Origin: Phycisphaerales bacterium
GTDB taxonomy: Bacteria > Planctomycetota > Phycisphaerae > Sedimentisphaerales > Anaerobacaceae
Assembly (NCBI GenBank): GCA_050049715.1
Contig: JASFVS010000001.1
Location: forward strand, 1-40,226
Length of the DNA stretch: 40,226 bases
Reading direction: 5' to 3'
Shown: positions 38,829 through 40,226 of the stretch, piece after piece
How positions within the stretch are numbered: position 1 is the first letter of the stretch
How the letters are laid out: each line of letters starts with the position of its first letter
Translations under genes and position numbers: made by a program
Notes under the pieces: model-generated
What the model was told of the DNA's origin: nothing
What the model saw: only the letters and a program-made list of their open reading frames with translations
Database searches by the model: none

Positions 38829-40226
38829 ATGACGAGCGCTTTGGAAAAAATACGAAATATTGGGATTATGGCTCATATCGACGCCGGTAAGACGACGGTG
38901 ACCGAACGTATTCTGTACTATACGGGGAAGACTTACAAAATGGGGGAAGTTCACGATGGCACTGCCGTTATGGATTTCATGGAGGAGGAGCAAAAAAGAG
39001 GTATTACTATTACGTCAGCAGCGACGAAATGCCCCTGGAAGAACTGTGAAATCAATCTTATTGACACACCTGGGCATATTGATTTTACAGCAGAGGTCGA
39101 AAGGTCGTTGCGTGTTTTGGATGGAGCGGTGGCGGTTTTTGACGGCAGCGAAGGAGTACAGGCCCAGAGCGAGACCGTTTGGAGGCAGGGACAAAAATAC
39201 GGCCTGCCCTGTCTTTGCTTTATAAACAAGATGGATAAAGTAGGTGCCGATTTTGAAATGTCCGTGGAAAGTATTCGTGATAAGCTTCTTGCTAATCCGA
39301 TTCTTATGCAGATTCCTATTGGTGCCGAGGAGTCTTTTTCAGGCGTAGTCGACTTGATAAAGATGAAGGCGGTTTTTTATAAAGCCGAGAAGATGGGAGC
39401 AGCTTTTGAAGAGACAGAGATTCCCTCTGATTGGAAAGAGGTCGCTCAGCAGCGAAGGAACGAAATGATTGAGCTTGCCGCCGAATACGATAACGAGCTG
39501 ATGGATAACTATGTCCATGATAAGCCGGTTGATATTAAAATGATAAGCCGGGCAATCAGAAAAGGAACTCTGAGCAATAAACTTCATCCTGTGTTTGCTG
39601 GTTCTGCTTTGAAGTATATTGGTGTACAAAAGTTACTTGATGGTGTTTTGGTGTATTTGCCTTCTCCGTTGGATAAACCTGTTTTAACGGGTCACAAGCC
39701 GACAGATGAAAACAAAAAAATATCGATTAAGTGCGACCCGAACGGAAGTATGGTGGCGCTGGCTTTCAAAATTACAAGCGATGTGCACGGCGATTTGAAC
39801 TTTCTTAGGATATACCAAGGCAAGTTAAAGTCTGGCAGCAGGGTGTTGAATCCTAATCGCAACAAACGCGAGAATATCACCAGGATATTCGAAATGCACG
39901 CCAAAGAACGAAAAATTATAGACTCGGCCGGAGCGGGTGATATTGTGGCAGTTGTCGGTTTGAAGCAAACACTTACTGGCGATACGATTTGCGATCCTAA
40001 AAAGCCCATTTGTCTGCCAAGTATTACGTTTCCACAAACTGTTATTAATATGTCGATAGAGCCCCGGACGGCTGCGGAAAAAGCAAAATTAGCAGAGGCA
40101 CTAGCCGATCTGAAGCGCGAAGACCCGACTTTTGAGTGTAGGAAAGATGGCGAAACGGGCCAGATGATAATAAGCGGAATGGGGGAATTGCATCTGGAGA
40201 TACTTCAGCATAAGCTAATCAGAGAA
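38829..40226 (+). CDS. fusA: Elongation factor G, N-terminal 466 aa (3' end outside the window; absent from the ORF track)
   Basis: Hand translation gives [66 protein letters not shown]...[25 protein letters not shown]...INKMDK. The frame is open to base 40226. Confidence 0.95.
   Translation, partial: MTSALEKIRNIGIMAHIDAGKTTVTERILYYTGKTYKMGEVHDGTAVMDFMEEEQKRGITITSAATKCPWKNCEINLIDTPGHIDFTAEVERSLRVLDGAVAVFDGSEGVQAQSETVWRQGQKYGLPCLCFINKMDKVGADFEMSVESIRDKLLANPILMQIPIGAEESFSGVVDLIKMKAVFYKAEKMGAAFEETEIPSDWKEVAQQRRNEMIELAAEYDNELMDNYVHDKPVDIKMISRAIRKGTLSNKLHPVFAGSALKYIGVQKLLDGVLVYLPSPLDKPVLTGHKPTDENKKISIKCDPNGSMVALAFKITSDVHGDLNFLRIYQGKLKSGSRVLNPNRNKRENITRIFEMHAKERKIIDSAGAGDIVAVVGLKQTLTGDTICDPKKPICLPSITFPQTVINMSIEPRTAAEKAKLAEALADLKREDPTFECRKDGETGQMIISGMGELHLEILQHKLIRE

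Overview
The window has three parts. (1) Bases 1-16838, + strand: a tightly packed tandem array of six paralogous ~800-aa ABC permeases. Each has two MacB-type periplasmic domains and two FtsX 4-TM bundles (ADOP-like architecture). The first copy is cut by the window edge and the last carries a frameshift. Embedded in the array are a single ABC ATPase gene, a small Tat-signal Cys-rich protein, and a terminal TolC-like outer-membrane lipoprotein. No membrane-fusion adaptor gene is visible. (2) Bases 16899-23932: an accessory block. On the - strand it holds moeA, gloB and an APH/FN3K-like kinase, then a PmoA-like (DUF6807-type) exported protein. A divergent pair of Tat-signal Gfo/Idh/MocA oxidoreductases follows. 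(3) Bases 24256-40226, + strand: the conserved translation/transcription supercluster tRNA-Thr, tuf, rpmG, tRNA-Trp, secE, nusG, rplK, rplA, rplJ, rplL, rpoB, rpoC, rpsL, rpsG, fusA (3' partial). The ORF track does not show rpmG (56 aa), fusA (runs off the window), the two tRNAs, or the open 5' end of the first permease; I read these from the sequence. I saw no CRISPR array, IS element or integrase. Gene content (Tat-Gfo/Idh/MocA, PmoA-like, ADOP-like permeases) suggests a PVC-group or Acidobacteria-like organism, but I cannot establish taxonomy from this window. The most interesting candidate is the multi-permease / one-ATPase / one-OMF array with its embedded Tat Cys-rich protein. A lysine/glutamate-rich N-terminal extension on L7/L12 is the second.
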